This document shows positions 63,207 through 64,000 of a stretch of DNA of 64,000 bases, one piece after another (within the stretch, counting starts at the first letter, position 1; each line of letters opens with the position of its first letter). The translations under genes and the position numbers were made by a program. Under the pieces are notes generated by a model. The model was not told the DNA's origin. It ran no database searches and saw only the letters and a list, made by a program, of their open reading frames with translations. The DNA is from Actinomycetes bacterium. GTDB lineage: Bacteria > Actinomycetota > Acidimicrobiia > Acidimicrobiales > Bog-793. The stretch is from assembly GCA_021809805.1 (NCBI GenBank), contig JAJZKA010000001.1, positions 15,246 through 79,245 of the forward strand, read 5' to 3'.

Positions 63207-63314
63207 TGGCTGGCAACCATCTCGCTACCGGCGGGGCGCGACCGGGCCACGCTCACCGCAGTGGTCTGGCCGCGCCGGATCGGCGGGGGAGGTGGACCTG
63301 CCAAGCTAGAGGTG

Positions 63315-64000
63315 ATGGACCAAGCGCCCGCAGCAGAGGCCATAACGGACGCGGCGCTCTTTGAGCTACGAGTTGGCGCGCTCGCGGCGGGCGGTGGCTG
63401 TGTCGGTCGCGCACCCGACGGCCGGGTCGCCTTCGTCCGCCATGCCGCTCCCGGCGAGCTCGTGCTCGCCCGGGTCACCCAAGACAGCGCACACTTCGTT
63501 CGCGCTGACGCCGTCCAGATCCTCGAGACGTCGCCCGAACGCGTCACCCCTGCGTGCCCGCACGCCGGACCGGGGCGCTGTGGAGGCTGCGACTGGCAGC
63601 ACCTTTCGCGCAAGGCGCAGCGCCACTTCAAGGCCGAGCTGCTCGCCACGCAGCTGCGCCGACTCGCGGGGATCGAGCGCGAGCCTGTCGTCGAAGAGCT
63701 GCCCGGAGCCCCCGATGGGCTGGGCTGGCGCACCCGCGTCCGCTTCGCGGTGGACCGCGACGGACGCATCGGTTTTCGTCGTCATCGCTCGCACGACATC
63801 GAGCTCGTCGAGGACTGCCCGGTCGGCCTCGACGAGGTCCGAGCCATCGCCTCGTCCCTGGCGCGCTGGCGAGGGGCCCGGGAGATGGAGATCACCTCGC
63901 TCGGCCCTGGATCGATGCCGCTTGTCGCGGTGTCGACGCGCGACGGCGCGCGTCGGCGCTCCTCGAATCAGCCGACCCTGCCCGTTGGACTGAGCGGCGT
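63315..64000 (+). CDS. TRAM/RumA-TrmA-family SAM-dependent RNA (uracil-5) methyltransferase, 5' partial (runs off the window)
   Basis: Not in the ORF track because there is no stop in the window. Manual translation gives MDQAPAAEAITDAALFELRVGALAAGGGCVGRAPDGRVAFVRHAAPGELVLARV...CPHAGPGRCGGCDWQHL...GWRTRVRFAV. GCDWQH is the Fe-S/Cys motif of this family. Confidence 0.8.
   Translation, partial: MDQAPAAEAITDAALFELRVGALAAGGGCVGRAPDGRVAFVRHAAPGELVLARVTQDSAHFVRADAVQILETSPERVTPACPHAGPGRCGGCDWQHLSRKAQRHFKAELLATQLRRLAGIEREPVVEELPGAPDGLGWRTRVRFAVDRDGRIGFRRHRSHDIELVEDCPVGLDEVRAIASSLARWRGAREMEITSLGPGSMPLVAVSTRDGARRRSSNQPTLPVGLSG

Noticed and set aside
62657-63769. 370-aa minus-strand ORF
   Set aside because: It is extremely S/R/A/P-rich. 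It is antisense to the RumA-type methyltransferase start and to the small plus-strand ORF.

Overview
High-GC, actinobacterial-type chromosomal window. It is densely coding on both strands, and I saw no rRNA, tRNA or CRISPR array by eye. Many long ORFs in the track are antisense shadows typical of high-GC DNA and were discarded. Content from left to right: (1) a soluble ABC-ATPase/GAF/histidine-kinase fusion and a divergent DUF929-like gene. (2) A minus-strand pentose-phosphate operon, tal-pgi-gnd-zwf-pgl, with no opcA and followed by a LOG-family gene. (3) A membrane desaturase, three small membrane proteins and trmI. (4) A complete Pup-proteasome locus (arc, dop, pup, prcB, prcA, pafA) followed by tatA/B-like, tatC and a HelY-like helicase. 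(5) A double-length ThyX-like protein, a DUF4193-like acidic protein, a GNAT, a MATE transporter, a repeat-rich disordered protein, an ABC exporter, a stand-alone LigD polymerase domain, a PoxB-like enzyme and a DJ-1/PfpI protein. (6) A SplB-like radical SAM gene with an SOS-box-like operator. (7) A tightly packed minus-strand operon, SDR-MarR-ClC-GH76-HAD. (8) A SatP-like channel and a molybdate-type ABC importer with fused permease and ATPase. (9) An accessory island of about 4 kb holding an ISAzo13-type transposase remnant, a STAS protein, a small membrane protein and two GAF-ANTAR paralogues. (10) An HTH-TOBE regulator, a 5'-3' exonuclease, an MFS transporter, a LysR regulator and an aldehyde dehydrogenase. 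(11) A gene-poor, decayed stretch of about 2.3 kb, followed by a partial RumA/TrmA-type RNA methyltransferase at the right edge. The best candidates for something new are the ABC-GAF-kinase fusion, the STAS/GAF-ANTAR island with its leader features, the SOS-box radical SAM gene with its unassigned neighbouring spacer, and a 26-bp tandem duplication that remodels a start codon. All functional calls rest on motif recognition in the translated ORFs. No database search was run.
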